From Candidatus Asbonarchaeum danakilense (GTDB lineage Archaea; Nanohalarchaeota; Nanosalinia; Nanosalinales; Nanoanaerosalinaceae): 17,890 nucleotides of DNA. This document shows positions 9,157-16,854 of the stretch, in pieces. A program made the position numbers and the translations under genes. The stretch is from the NCBI GenBank assembly GCA_034190465.1, contig JAXINV010000056.1:8744-26633 (forward strand), in the 5' to 3' direction. Under the pieces are notes generated by a model. That model had not been told where the DNA came from, did no database searches, and saw only the letters and a program-made list of their open reading frames with translations. How positions within the stretch are numbered: position 1 is the first letter of the stretch; each line of letters begins with the position of its first letter.

Positions 9157-9759
9157 ATGATGATCACCACACATATCTTCGCGGGCTCGTTCCTCGGGCT
9201 CGTTGTCGGGGAACGTCTCGGCCTCGTTTCGCTGCAGCTTGTTCTGGCAGGGATCGTCGGGAGTGTCGTCCCTGACCTCGACATGCTGGCGGGGACACAC
9301 CGCAGGTCGCTGCATTTCCCGGTCCTGGGGACGGTGACGGGCCTGGTGGTCCTTGGCCTGACGGCATCGCTGCCGGGAGCGGTCGTCGGTACTATGCTGT
9401 GCGCCGTCGGGCTGCACGCGATCATGGACTGGCTGGGGAACGGGAAGGAGCTCCGCCCCTGGGAACGGACCGACGACCGGGCGACCTACGACCATGTCCG
9501 GGGACGCTGGTGGGCTGCGAAACGGTACGTGGAGACGGGCTCGACCAGGGATCTCGCGCTCGGCGTCCTCCTCGCGCTCCCGTTGACGGTGTGGGCGGAA
9601 GGGCTGGTCCGTGTCGCCGTGATCGCCGGTGTCGGTGTCTCGGTCCTGTACGGGCTGGGTCTGCCGTACCTTGCTGACAGGATCCCGGACACGCACACGA
9701 CCTGGTCCGGCTACCTGGCCCATCACAGGAACCGTCTCTGGCACCGGCTCACGGGATGA
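9157..9759 (+). CDS. Membrane-bound metal-dependent hydrolase (YdjM-like)
   Basis: TH, PDLD, HRRSLH and HxxxD motifs with TM helices; likely co-transcribed with the usp gene. Confidence 0.85.
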   Translation: MMITTHIFAGSFLGLVVGERLGLVSLQLVLAGIVGSVVPDLDMLAGTHRRSLHFPVLGTVTGLVVLGLTASLPGAVVGTMLCAVGLHAIMDWLGNGKELRPWERTDDRATYDHVRGRWWAAKRYVETGSTRDLALGVLLALPLTVWAEGLVRVAVIAGVGVSVLYGLGLPYLADRIPDTHTTWSGYLAHHRNRLWHRLTG

Positions 9760-9793
9760 TGGCAGAAAAAGAAAAATGTGGAAGGGAGTGTTG

Positions 9794-10111
9794 TCACTCC
9801 CAGTAACGGTCGTGCAGCAGCCTCCAACCGTTCAGGAGCCCGCCCCAGAGCACGACCAGGCCGGCGAACATGTTGCCGAGCGGGACGATCTGCTCACTGA
9901 TCTGCTGTGCGCCTTCCGGTGCATATGCACCGAACGCAGCACTGCCTGTGAACGCAGCCAGCCCGGCGGTAGCCACGAAGACCATGATTCCTGCCGTGAT
10001 GGTCTCCCATTCGATCTCCGGTAACGTGCTGTAGTTCCAGAGAACGCTCAATACCGTGAAGGCGACTGCTGCAGATAGTCCAACGCCCAGTTCAAGTCCG
10101 AATAACGCCAT
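9794..10111 (-). CDS. Small hypothetical membrane protein (about 3 TM segments)
   Basis: Hydrophobic 105-aa ORF followed by a T-rich tract (9766-9776 on - strand). Confidence 0.7.
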   Translation of the reverse strand: MALFGLELGVGLSAAVAFTVLSVLWNYSTLPEIEWETITAGIMVFVATAGLAAFTGSAAFGAYAPEGAQQISEQIVPLGNMFAGLVVLWGGLLNGWRLLHDRYWE

Positions 10112-10239
10112 GTGTCTATCACCGCCACAACGTTACATCGAGGTTCTTGTTAAAATTACCGGTCGGCAGGGCACAGTATCCCGATGCAGCACTCCCCTTC
10201 ACCGACAGCTTTAAAAATTTCTCACCGGAGGGTCACACC

Positions 10240-10737
10240 ATGACCGGGTACGACGCGGAGCAGGTTACGACCGATGAACTCGAACAGCAGCAGGACTACT
10301 TCGAACGCATCTACCTCCTGGACCAGGTCGGCGGCCTGGACCCCGGGCAGATGCTGGATGACGACGTGGTCGCCTCCTACGTCGACCACGAGGACCAGCT
10401 CGAATACGACCTGGAGCGACTCGAGGACAGCATCGACGAGCTGCCGGACGAGTACGGTGAACTGTTCCACGATATCGAAGGATTTGCCGGCCAGCTCGAC
10501 AGTCTCCGTGACCTCCCGACCGATCAGGAGGCCGAGGAGCGGCTGGACGCGGACGAGTTCGTCGAACGGGTTGAGGACTACGTCGAGGACGCGATGGCGG
10601 AGAATGAGGAGCTCGGCTTCGCGACGGACAACCCTGTGCGGCTGTTCAACGCCCGCGCTCACGAGATCTCGCTGCGGCGGAGGTACGACGTCCCGGCTGT
10701 CGATCCGACGTACGTGCTGGACGTCCTGGAAGAGTAA
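10240..10737 (+). CDS. Acidic hypothetical protein
   Basis: Halophile-type D/E-rich ORF; TTTAAAAA box near 10210-10217 and GGAGG before ATG 10240. Confidence 0.75.
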   Translation: MTGYDAEQVTTDELEQQQDYFERIYLLDQVGGLDPGQMLDDDVVASYVDHEDQLEYDLERLEDSIDELPDEYGELFHDIEGFAGQLDSLRDLPTDQEAEERLDADEFVERVEDYVEDAMAENEELGFATDNPVRLFNARAHEISLRRRYDVPAVDPTYVLDVLEE

Positions 10738-10793
10738 GGAAAGAAAAAGGTCCGTGACTGCCGTCTTACGGGCAGACAAGGAAATTAGTTCTA

Positions 10794-10985
10794 TCAAACG
10801 CGCTGAACGTTGACTGCCTTGGGTCCTCTGTCGCCTTCTTCGGTCTCGAATTCGACCTCGTCGCCCTCCTGGGCGGATTCGGCGTCCAGTTCACTGATGT
10901 GGAAGAAGACGTCTTCTCCTCCTTCGTCAGGCTGGATAAACCCGTAGTTCTTCATGTCGTGGAAGAACTTGACTGTGCCTTTCAT
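10794..10985 (-). CDS. csp: Cold-shock protein (CSD)
   Basis: MKGTVKFF, RNP1 NYGFI, RNP2 DVFFH and GPKAVNV. SD GGAGGTG upstream, TTTATAAA at 11026-11033, T-tract terminator near 10740-10748. Confidence 0.96.
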   Translation of the reverse strand: MKGTVKFFHDMKNYGFIQPDEGGEDVFFHISELDAESAQEGDEVEFETEEGDRGPKAVNVQRV

Positions 10986-11055
10986 AATGAAACACCTCCT
11001 GATATCCCTGCATGCGGTGGACACCTTTATAAATCTCGCAGGAAGAGCTTTGTAC

Positions 11056-11223
11056 GAGGGGCGGTTGATTCTGTCTCCTTAAGGTGTCGAGCCGGGGGCC
11101 CCTACCACTGATTCAAGGTGGAAATGTCCCCTGTAAGCGGACAGTAAGACACACGGAAGAACTCCGCTCGTCGCACCGTCTGGACAAGATGCGGGGTCCG
11201 AAACGGCCCCAGACCGCCCCCTC
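11056..11223 (+). ncRNA. Putative structured non-coding RNA (~170 nt), family unknown
   Basis: 5' GGGGCGGTT (11058-11066) pairs with 3' GACCGCCCC (11212-11220), enclosing several internal stems. It begins about 23 nt after palindromic TTTATAAA, and G-U pairs favour the + strand. Confidence 0.6.
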
Positions 11224-11280
11224 ATCCTTCTCCACCTGTCACGACACCATTTTTAAGCCTGGGATGTGTCCCATGTACAT

Positions 11281-12522
11281 ATGCTCGACCGGCTCCGCGA
11301 TCTCCTCAGCCCGGAACCAGAGACGGTGACCCCGGCGGAGGCGCTCGATTTCTTGGATGAACACAAGGAACGGGAGCTCGATGCCGCACGTGAACGCGCC
11401 GACGAGCTCCGCTCCCGTGTCATGGACCGGCTGGACACGCTCGACGAACGGCTGGACGAGCTCGAAGCATACACCGACGACGAGGCCCGTGTCGAGGACG
11501 TGACGACCAATGTCGCGGAGCGCAGGAAACGGCTGATCGACCAGTTCGACCCTGTCGACGATCTCACCGCCTTCGCCGACGACCTCGACGAGCTGGCGGA
11601 ACAGCTCTCAACGGTGAAACAGAAGGAGAAGATGGTGCTCGACCAGGTCGGTGCACCGGCGGAGGACGCGTTCAGCACGATCCGTGAGCTTTCCTCCACG
11701 GTCGACGACCTCCAGGACTTCGTGGACACGGACCACCAGGTCATCCAGCGGCGGGACCGGCTCACCTCACTCCTGGACAGGCTGGAGCGGCTGCATGAGG
11801 AACGGGACGAGCTGGATGACGCACTTGACGCGGTCGACCTCACCACGCCACGGGACGAGCTTGAGGAGGTCACGGAACAGCTGGAAGCGCTGGACGACGA
11901 TCCGGAACAGCACAGGAAGGAAGAGCTCCAGTCCCGGATCGAGGAGCTGGAGGAGCAACGGGACCGGTTGCAGCACAGCATCGAGGAGGCGGCGGCCTCC
12001 ATGGAACGCGGTCTGAAGAAGATCAGGTACCAGATGGAGCACGGTGATATCGATGCAGCGGAGGAGACCCGGGAGGTCCTCAACGCGATCCAGGAACAGG
12101 GCCGCCCGTCCGACATCGCGGCGGACACTGTCGCCGGGGCTGTCGAACGGGCGGAACAGGCGATCGATGAGGTCGACCTGGGGGAACGGCAGGTGGAACG
12201 GTTCCAGGACGCTGCCGACACGATGCACGACCTTGATTCGATCCGTGACGATATCGAGGACGTCGAGGAGGAGATACGGGAGCTTGAACAGGAACTTGAC
12301 GACCTTTCCATCGATGAGCGGCGGCAGGAGCTGGAGGAGCAACGGGAGGATGTCTTCGAGACCATCGAGGAACGGGAACATGAGATCGAACAGCTCCAGC
12401 ACCGGGTCACGGTCAAGGACCAGGCGATCACTGATACACTGGACACGATCGAGGACCTCCTGGACGAGACGGTGCGGGCCCCGGTCACCGTGACCCGGGA
12501 CGACGATGCGGGACAAGATTGA
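11281..12522 (+). CDS. Long acidic coiled-coil protein
   Basis: Heptad-rich helical sequence with no Walker motifs; TTTTTAAG at 11250-11257 supports ATG 11281. Confidence 0.8.
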   Translation: MLDRLRDLLSPEPETVTPAEALDFLDEHKERELDAARERADELRSRVMDRLDTLDERLDELEAYTDDEARVEDVTTNVAERRKRLIDQFDPVDDLTAFADDLDELAEQLSTVKQKEKMVLDQVGAPAEDAFSTIRELSSTVDDLQDFVDTDHQVIQRRDRLTSLLDRLERLHEERDELDDALDAVDLTTPRDELEEVTEQLEALDDDPEQHRKEELQSRIEELEEQRDRLQHSIEEAAASMERGLKKIRYQMEHGDIDAAEETREVLNAIQEQGRPSDIAADTVAGAVERAEQAIDEVDLGERQVERFQDAADTMHDLDSIRDDIEDVEEEIRELEQELDDLSIDERRQELEEQREDVFETIEEREHEIEQLQHRVTVKDQAITDTLDTIEDLLDETVRAPVTVTRDDDAGQD

Positions 12523-12548
12523 AATTAGGGCAGTCCCCGTAGAGGTGT

Positions 12549-13034
12549 ATGGCCAACCTACCGGAGTTTGACAGGGAGGCCCGGCGGTCGCTGGGCATCC
12601 TCGTCATCGGTCTCGTGCTCCTCTTGGTCGCTGGATGGCTCAGGTCGAGCGGTTTCGTGGTGATGCCGGTCACGATAGGCTTTGCCGGCGTTTTCGCCAC
12701 GGCACTCGGCATCCGAGGACTTGACCATCTGACGGAGGGCACCTGGGAAGGTGTTGCAGCTCTCACAGGTATCTGGATCCTGTTCTTCGCCACGGCGAGT
12801 GTTGTCGGCTCCTGGCAGCGTTCACTGTTCACAGCGGTGCTTGGGCTGTTGATGCTGGGTGCGTGGATCGGGCTTCCGCTGCTCCTCTACCTGGACATAG
12901 TACATGTCCGCCGGGACACGGAGTGGCAGCCGATCCGGCTGCTGTATCTCCCGCTTGCGGTCTTCCCGCTGATCAACATGGCGGTCGGGCTGATCTACCT
13001 GTACCGCCGGCATACCCAGGTCGGTGAGCCGTAG
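12549..13034 (+). CDS. Hypothetical membrane protein
   Basis: About 5 TM segments; C-terminal YLD..VR…W.P…YLYRRH pattern; GAGGTG SD. Confidence 0.75.
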   Translation: MANLPEFDREARRSLGILVIGLVLLLVAGWLRSSGFVVMPVTIGFAGVFATALGIRGLDHLTEGTWEGVAALTGIWILFFATASVVGSWQRSLFTAVLGLLMLGAWIGLPLLLYLDIVHVRRDTEWQPIRLLYLPLAVFPLINMAVGLIYLYRRHTQVGEP

Positions 13035-13072
13035 GCCAATCTTCTTAACCCGGCATGTGCAACATTGCAGTG

Positions 13073-14023
13073 ATGATCCGGGAACTGTTCCTCTACCCTG
13101 ATGAACGGCCGATCGGCCTGCGACAGGCTGTACGCACGCTCTACCTGCTTGCGGGGATGATCATCTGGTTGCCAAGTCTTTACGGGGTCGTGGCGGGCTC
13201 GCTGTCGTTCCCTGGGATCGTTGGCGCGTATTTCGTCTACCTCCATCTCCCGGTGATCGCGCTGTTCTGGACGCCACTGGTCCAGCGCCGGTTCCTGCCG
13301 ACGGGCAATGCGGTGGTCACGGTGCTGGTCTACCTGACCACGGTGCTGTTCGGACCGGTCCCGGTCCTGGGCTACTGGCTGGTCTACCGCCACTACCGCA
13401 CCGACCACCCGCTGTCACCCGTGTTCGCCAGCGGTGTCACGAACGTCCTGGCGGTCCTGGTCGCTGTCGGGGCGTTGATCGGTCTGTTCCTGGTGTACGG
13501 CGTTGGCCTTTCCGGCATGCCGTTTTACGCAGTCTCGCTCGGGCTGATCGGTCTGTTCCTGGTCCCGGCGTTCACGGTGAAGGGCACGACGACGCTGAGC
13601 ACGGATGCATCGGCTGCGACGATCCGTGACCGGTGGTCGACGTCTGAGAACCCTCTCATCCAGCAGCTCCGGGTGACGGGGTATGAGGTCCGCCAGGAGG
13701 ACGAGACGACGATCACGGCGATGAAGGAACGGTTCAACGGGCTTCTCAGCCCACGGACGGTGACGTACAACCTGGAGCAGGACGATCCTATCACGTTCGA
13801 CCTGGAGCAGGACGGGGACGACCCCTACAGCACGATCCGGGCGGTGGTCGAGGAGGGGGAGGAGACCCGGGTGCATGTCGTGACGACGTTCCACCGTCGG
13901 CTGCCGGTTGTCATGCTGTTGTTCGCCCTGTTCAACGACCGTTTCACCCGCCGCTACCTCCAGGAGCTTGCATACACTGTAGAGAAGGAGTCCACGACCG
14001 TCCATCTCCTGTCGGGTATGTGA
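13073..14023 (+). CDS. Membrane protein with soluble C-terminal domain (possibly SRPBCC/START-like)
   Basis: Several N-terminal TM helices followed by a beta-rich soluble region; TTCTTAA box near 13040-13048. Confidence 0.7.
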   Translation: MIRELFLYPDERPIGLRQAVRTLYLLAGMIIWLPSLYGVVAGSLSFPGIVGAYFVYLHLPVIALFWTPLVQRRFLPTGNAVVTVLVYLTTVLFGPVPVLGYWLVYRHYRTDHPLSPVFASGVTNVLAVLVAVGALIGLFLVYGVGLSGMPFYAVSLGLIGLFLVPAFTVKGTTTLSTDASAATIRDRWSTSENPLIQQLRVTGYEVRQEDETTITAMKERFNGLLSPRTVTYNLEQDDPITFDLEQDGDDPYSTIRAVVEEGEETRVHVVTTFHRRLPVVMLLFALFNDRFTRRYLQELAYTVEKESTTVHLLSGM

Positions 14024-14026
14024 CGG
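14011..14026 (+). repeat. 16-bp direct repeat, copy 1 (GTCGGGTATGTGACGG)
   Basis: Exact match to 14882-14897; the pair flanks the SDR gene. Confidence 0.8.
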
Positions 14027-14049
14027 GGAACGTTCGCTCTGGGTGCTGC

Positions 14050-14703
14050 CTACCTGACGTCGACCGCCCGACCGGTGTAGTCAGCCTGGCTGACCTGGTA
14101 GATGGTGTCCGCTACTTTTTCGGGTGGATCGCCTTCGAAGTCGGTCATGGCTGTCTGTGTCCGTGACGGGCAGACGGCGTTGACCGGGATGTCAAGCTCC
14201 TTGCTGGCGGCGTCGGTGAACCGGATGACGGCGGCCTTGGAGGCGCAGTACGCTGACAGGCCGGCGCTGCCGTGCTTGCCGGCGACGGAGGCGATGTTGA
14301 CGATGGAGCCGTTGTCCGCCATGTGTGGCAGGGCGGCCTGGGTGCAGTGGAAGACGCCGTAGACGTTGACCTGCATGATGCTGTCGAACGTTGCTTCGTC
14401 CATGTCCGCGATCGTTTCGGTCTCGGCGATGCCGGCGTTGTTGACGAGGACGTCGATGCTGCCGTACTCGTCCACGACCTGCTGGAACGCGTCCCGGACC
14501 TGGCTGCGGTCGGTGACGTCGACCTGGATGAAGGTGGCGTCGCTGCCGTGTTCCTGGACGAGTTCGTGGGTCGGTGTGCCGCCTTCCCGCGGTTCCTGTT
14601 GTTTGTCGAGGACGGCGACGTTGAAGCCTTTGTCTGCGTACCGTTCACACGTTGCCCGTCCGATGCCGGATGCCCCACCGGTGACGACGACTGTCTGTGT
14701 CAT
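14050..14703 (-). CDS. Short-chain dehydrogenase/reductase (classical SDR)
   Basis: TGGASGIG, NNAGI, NIAS and YCASK motifs; start at MTQTVVVTG. Confidence 0.93.
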   Translation of the reverse strand: MTQTVVVTGGASGIGRATCERYADKGFNVAVLDKQQEPREGGTPTHELVQEHGSDATFIQVDVTDRSQVRDAFQQVVDEYGSIDVLVNNAGIAETETIADMDEATFDSIMQVNVYGVFHCTQAALPHMADNGSIVNIASVAGKHGSAGLSAYCASKAAVIRFTDAASKELDIPVNAVCPSRTQTAMTDFEGDPPEKVADTIYQVSQADYTGRAVDVR

Positions 14704-14881
14704 ATGCTGTGGTCGCTGCCCGAGGTTTTTGTAGCTCACGGGCGGAGTTCCGGGGAAACGGTGCGGGTCGACGGCCTGCGGCTTTGCTGCGGCCGGCTAT
14801 CTTCCGGGGCTGGGACGTGTCCCGGTGCTGGCTGGCCGCGGGAGGGAAACGTGTACACGGGAAGTATGACGATGTGAACCG

Positions 14882-14897
14882 GTCGGGTATGTGACGG
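14882..14897 (+). repeat. 16-bp direct repeat, copy 2
   Basis: Exact match to 14011-14026. Confidence 0.8.
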
Positions 14898-14974
14898 AAC
14901 AAGTTTTACTGTGTCCGGGAGCCGTGTATGCTGCCGGCCCCGGTCGATGGAGGTGGACGCGGCAAACAAGTGTC

Positions 14975-15010
14975 GTTGTTGTGTTGTTGTGTTGTTGCGT
15001 GTTGTGTTGC
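14975..15010. repeat. GTTGTTGT tandem repeat
   Basis: GTTGTTGT-GTTGTTGT-GTTGTTGC followed by GTGTTGTGTTGC. Confidence 0.8.
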
Positions 15011-15031
15011 GGAGTTACCACAACCCCTGGC

Positions 15032-15069
15032 AGCATGTTCACGGGGACCGCTGGTCGTGGAACGATGCT
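15032..15069 (+). repeat. Degenerate, inverted copy of the TA-array palindrome upstream of relE
   Basis: GTTCACGGGGACCGCTGGTCGTGGAAC aligns with the - strand consensus GTTCCATCGTCGACCGGTGGTGGAAC; flanked by AGCAT/ATGCT. Confidence 0.45.
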
Positions 15070-15105
15070 CCCCGGTTTTGAACGCTGGCTGGAAATGACA
15101 GTGGT

Positions 15106-15360
15106 ATGGCGTACACGGTCCTCATCCCAGAACCTGTGGAACGCGAGATAGCTGGCTGGGACGATGAACGACGCGACACGTTCTTCACAAAGGTCGAGAA
15201 GCTGGAACGATACCCGAAAAAGTTCGGTAAACCGCTCCGGGGACCGCTGTCAGGGCTCTGGGAGCTGTACTTCGAGAACAGTTTCCGCATCCTGTACAGC
15301 GTCGATGACGAGAACCGGAACGTCTACGTCAAAGAGATACGGCACAAAGACGACTTCTAA
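15106..15360 (+). CDS. RelE/ParE family toxin
   Basis: 84 aa; GKPLRGPLSGLWEL..FRILYSVD…V..IRHKD pattern typical of RelE. Confidence 0.9.
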   Translation: MAYTVLIPEPVEREIAGWDDERRDTFFTKVEKLERYPKKFGKPLRGPLSGLWELYFENSFRILYSVDDENRNVYVKEIRHKDDF

Positions 15361-15521
15361 CCGAGCTCTTTCCTGAGCTGGTCCAGCGTCGTGGTGCGGC
15401 CTTCCTCGATCGCCTGCTCGGACGCCTCTATCATCTGGAGGGCGTCATCGTCTCCGAGGATCGCGATCGTGCGCTTCAACCCGTCGTACTCCTCCCTGGA
15501 AACATGGACCGTGTCGCTCAT
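15357..15521 (-). CDS. Short antitoxin (RelB/YefM C-terminal-like), 54 aa, absent from the ORF track
   Basis: Manual translation MSDTVHVSREEYDGLKRTIAILGDDDALQMIEASEQAIEEGRTTTLDQLRKELG*. TTTTAAA box at 15550-15556; its stop overlaps the relE stop. Confidence 0.85.
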   Translation of the reverse strand: MSDTVHVSREEYDGLKRTIAILGDDDALQMIEASEQAIEEGRTTTLDQLRKELG

Positions 15522-15566
15522 GGCTGTCCAGAGATAGGCACGGCACCGATTTAAAACCCCTGCCCC

Positions 15567-15597
15567 GTTCCACCACCGGTCGACGATGGAACAAGCA
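15567..15597. repeat. TA-array palindrome copy A
   Basis: GTTCCACCACCGGTCGACGATGGAACAAGCA, identical to the cores of copies B and C. Confidence 0.9.
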
Positions 15598-15631
15598 GGA
15601 CCACGGCGGGATACGAAGGACGCGGATGACG

Positions 15632-15997
15632 TTATGATGCAAGCAAGTCGCGGGCTTTTTCGATGAACGTTTCAGCGTCTTCGATCCGTTGTTCCGCCTC
15701 TTCCTCTGAGAACTCGGGAGCGATCTCGTAGTCGGCTTCCTCCCGTTCTTCTTCGGCAAGTGTGAGCGCCTTGCCGAGCGAGTCGGCGATCCTGCCGGAC
15801 GCAACGAATTCCTTCCCGATCATCCTGATGAGCCCTGCATGGGTCTTGGCAGTGATGTCCTCGGATTCCAGTAATGCTTTCGCCGCGTGATACATCCCGT
15901 AGTAGGCACGGGAGATCGCATCCGCGTAGAACCCGGCCTCGCAGAGGGTCCGTGCCGCCTCGATCTTCTCGTCAGCCCAGTCCAGGCGTTCATCCAT
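15632..15997 (-). CDS. HEPN domain protein (COG1895-like), partner of MNT
   Basis: SRAYYGMYHAAKALL, KTHAG and R-EEAD-Y motifs; overlaps the upstream MNT by 8 nt. Confidence 0.9.
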   Translation of the reverse strand: MDERLDWADEKIEAARTLCEAGFYADAISRAYYGMYHAAKALLESEDITAKTHAGLIRMIGKEFVASGRIADSLGKALTLAEEEREEADYEIAPEFSEEEAEQRIEDAETFIEKARDLLAS

Positions 15998-16322
15998 AGA
16001 CCTTCATCTCCTCCTGGATACTGTCAAGCAGGCTGCCGTTCATCCGTTCCATCCGCGCCAGCTGATCAGTGCTGATGACCTTCGGCGAGATGTAGATATC
16101 GGTGGCGAGCATGATGTCGAAGGCGATTCCGACGATGTCCTGTTTCACGCTCTTATCATCCACGACGATGAGGACATCGACATCAGAGTCCTCACCATGA
16201 TCGCCTCGGGCCACGGAACCGAACAGGATGAGTTTCTCAACACGGTCACCGAACCTGTCCATGACCTGCTCCCGGAACCTGTCGAACGCTTCCTCGTGCC
16301 GGTCCCTCTCGTCCAGCGCCAT
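15990..16322 (-). CDS. Minimal nucleotidyltransferase (MNT) antitoxin 1
   Basis: LFGSVARGDHGEDSDVDV (GSx10DxD). Confidence 0.92.
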   Translation of the reverse strand: MALDERDRHEEAFDRFREQVMDRFGDRVEKLILFGSVARGDHGEDSDVDVLIVVDDKSVKQDIVGIAFDIMLATDIYISPKVISTDQLARMERMNGSLLDSIQEEMKVYG

Positions 16323-16390
16323 GCCCTACATTTGGTCGCACCAGTATTTCAAAGACCTTGTTCCACCACCGGTCGACGATGGAACAAGCA
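16297..16390. repeat. 94-bp exact duplication (first MNT codons, promoter and palindrome copy B)
   Basis: Identical to 17110-17203; contains the 32-bp IR at 16357-16388 and the TTTGAAATA box at 16345-16353. Confidence 0.92.
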
Positions 16391-16450
16391 GGGACGCCGG
16401 CGGTGACGGCAGTGGGAACTGGACGGAGGAACGCTGGAAGATGGAACAAG
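16379..16450. repeat. 72-bp repeat bounded by ATGGAACAAG direct repeats
   Basis: 68/72 identical to 17705-17776 by manual comparison. Confidence 0.88.
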
Positions 16451-16521
16451 GGACAGTGTGACGACACGAAGATGTAGGGCCCGGTTTGATGCTTGGAAGG
16501 AGAAAGGGTTTTCCAGCGTGT

Positions 16522-16854
16522 TCACTCGTCTTCCAGGAACTGTCCGATCCGGTTACGCAGTTCAGGCAGGTCCTGCTGGACCGTTGCCCAGACAACATCG
16601 TTGTCGACATCGAAGTAGCCGTGGATGAGCCGATCACGCATCCCGGCGATGTCCTGCCACGGGACACTGGTCAGCCGGTCACGCGTTCTGTCGGACAGCT
16701 GTTTCGCTGCCTCACCCATCACTTCGAACTGGCGGACAACGGCGTCCTGTGTCTTCTGATCGGCTGCAAAGTCCTCTCTGGACATGTCGTCGGTGTAGTC
16801 CAGGATCCTGTCGATCGCGTCACGGATGTGCTCCAGATAGGCCTGGTCCCTCAT
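16522..16854 (-). CDS. HepT-like HEPN RNase toxin (DUF86)
   Basis: DAVVRQFEVMGEA and PW..IAGMRDRLIHGYF (Rx4HxY); ATGA overlap with MNT2. Confidence 0.93.
   Translation of the reverse strand: MRDQAYLEHIRDAIDRILDYTDDMSREDFAADQKTQDAVVRQFEVMGEAAKQLSDRTRDRLTSVPWQDIAGMRDRLIHGYFDVDNDVVWATVQQDLPELRNRIGQFLEDE

Noticed and set aside
11056..11223. 5S rRNA, RNase P RNA, tmRNA or tRNA identity for the structured element
   Set aside because: ACACGGAAGA resembles 5S, but the loop C and loop E motifs and the length do not fit. There is no GAGGAAAGUCC/P4 pairing, no GTTC T-loop and no cloverleaf.
11281..12522. SMC/Rad50 assignment
   Set aside because: No Walker A/B, signature, hinge or CxxC hook motifs.
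15009..15020. tRNA 3' end (…ACCA) acting as an att site
   Set aside because: There is no T-arm or acceptor stem upstream of either copy.
14697..15151. Small ORFs in the SDR-relE intergenic region
   Set aside because: Non-acidic composition, partly derived from the GT repeat, and no recognisable motifs.
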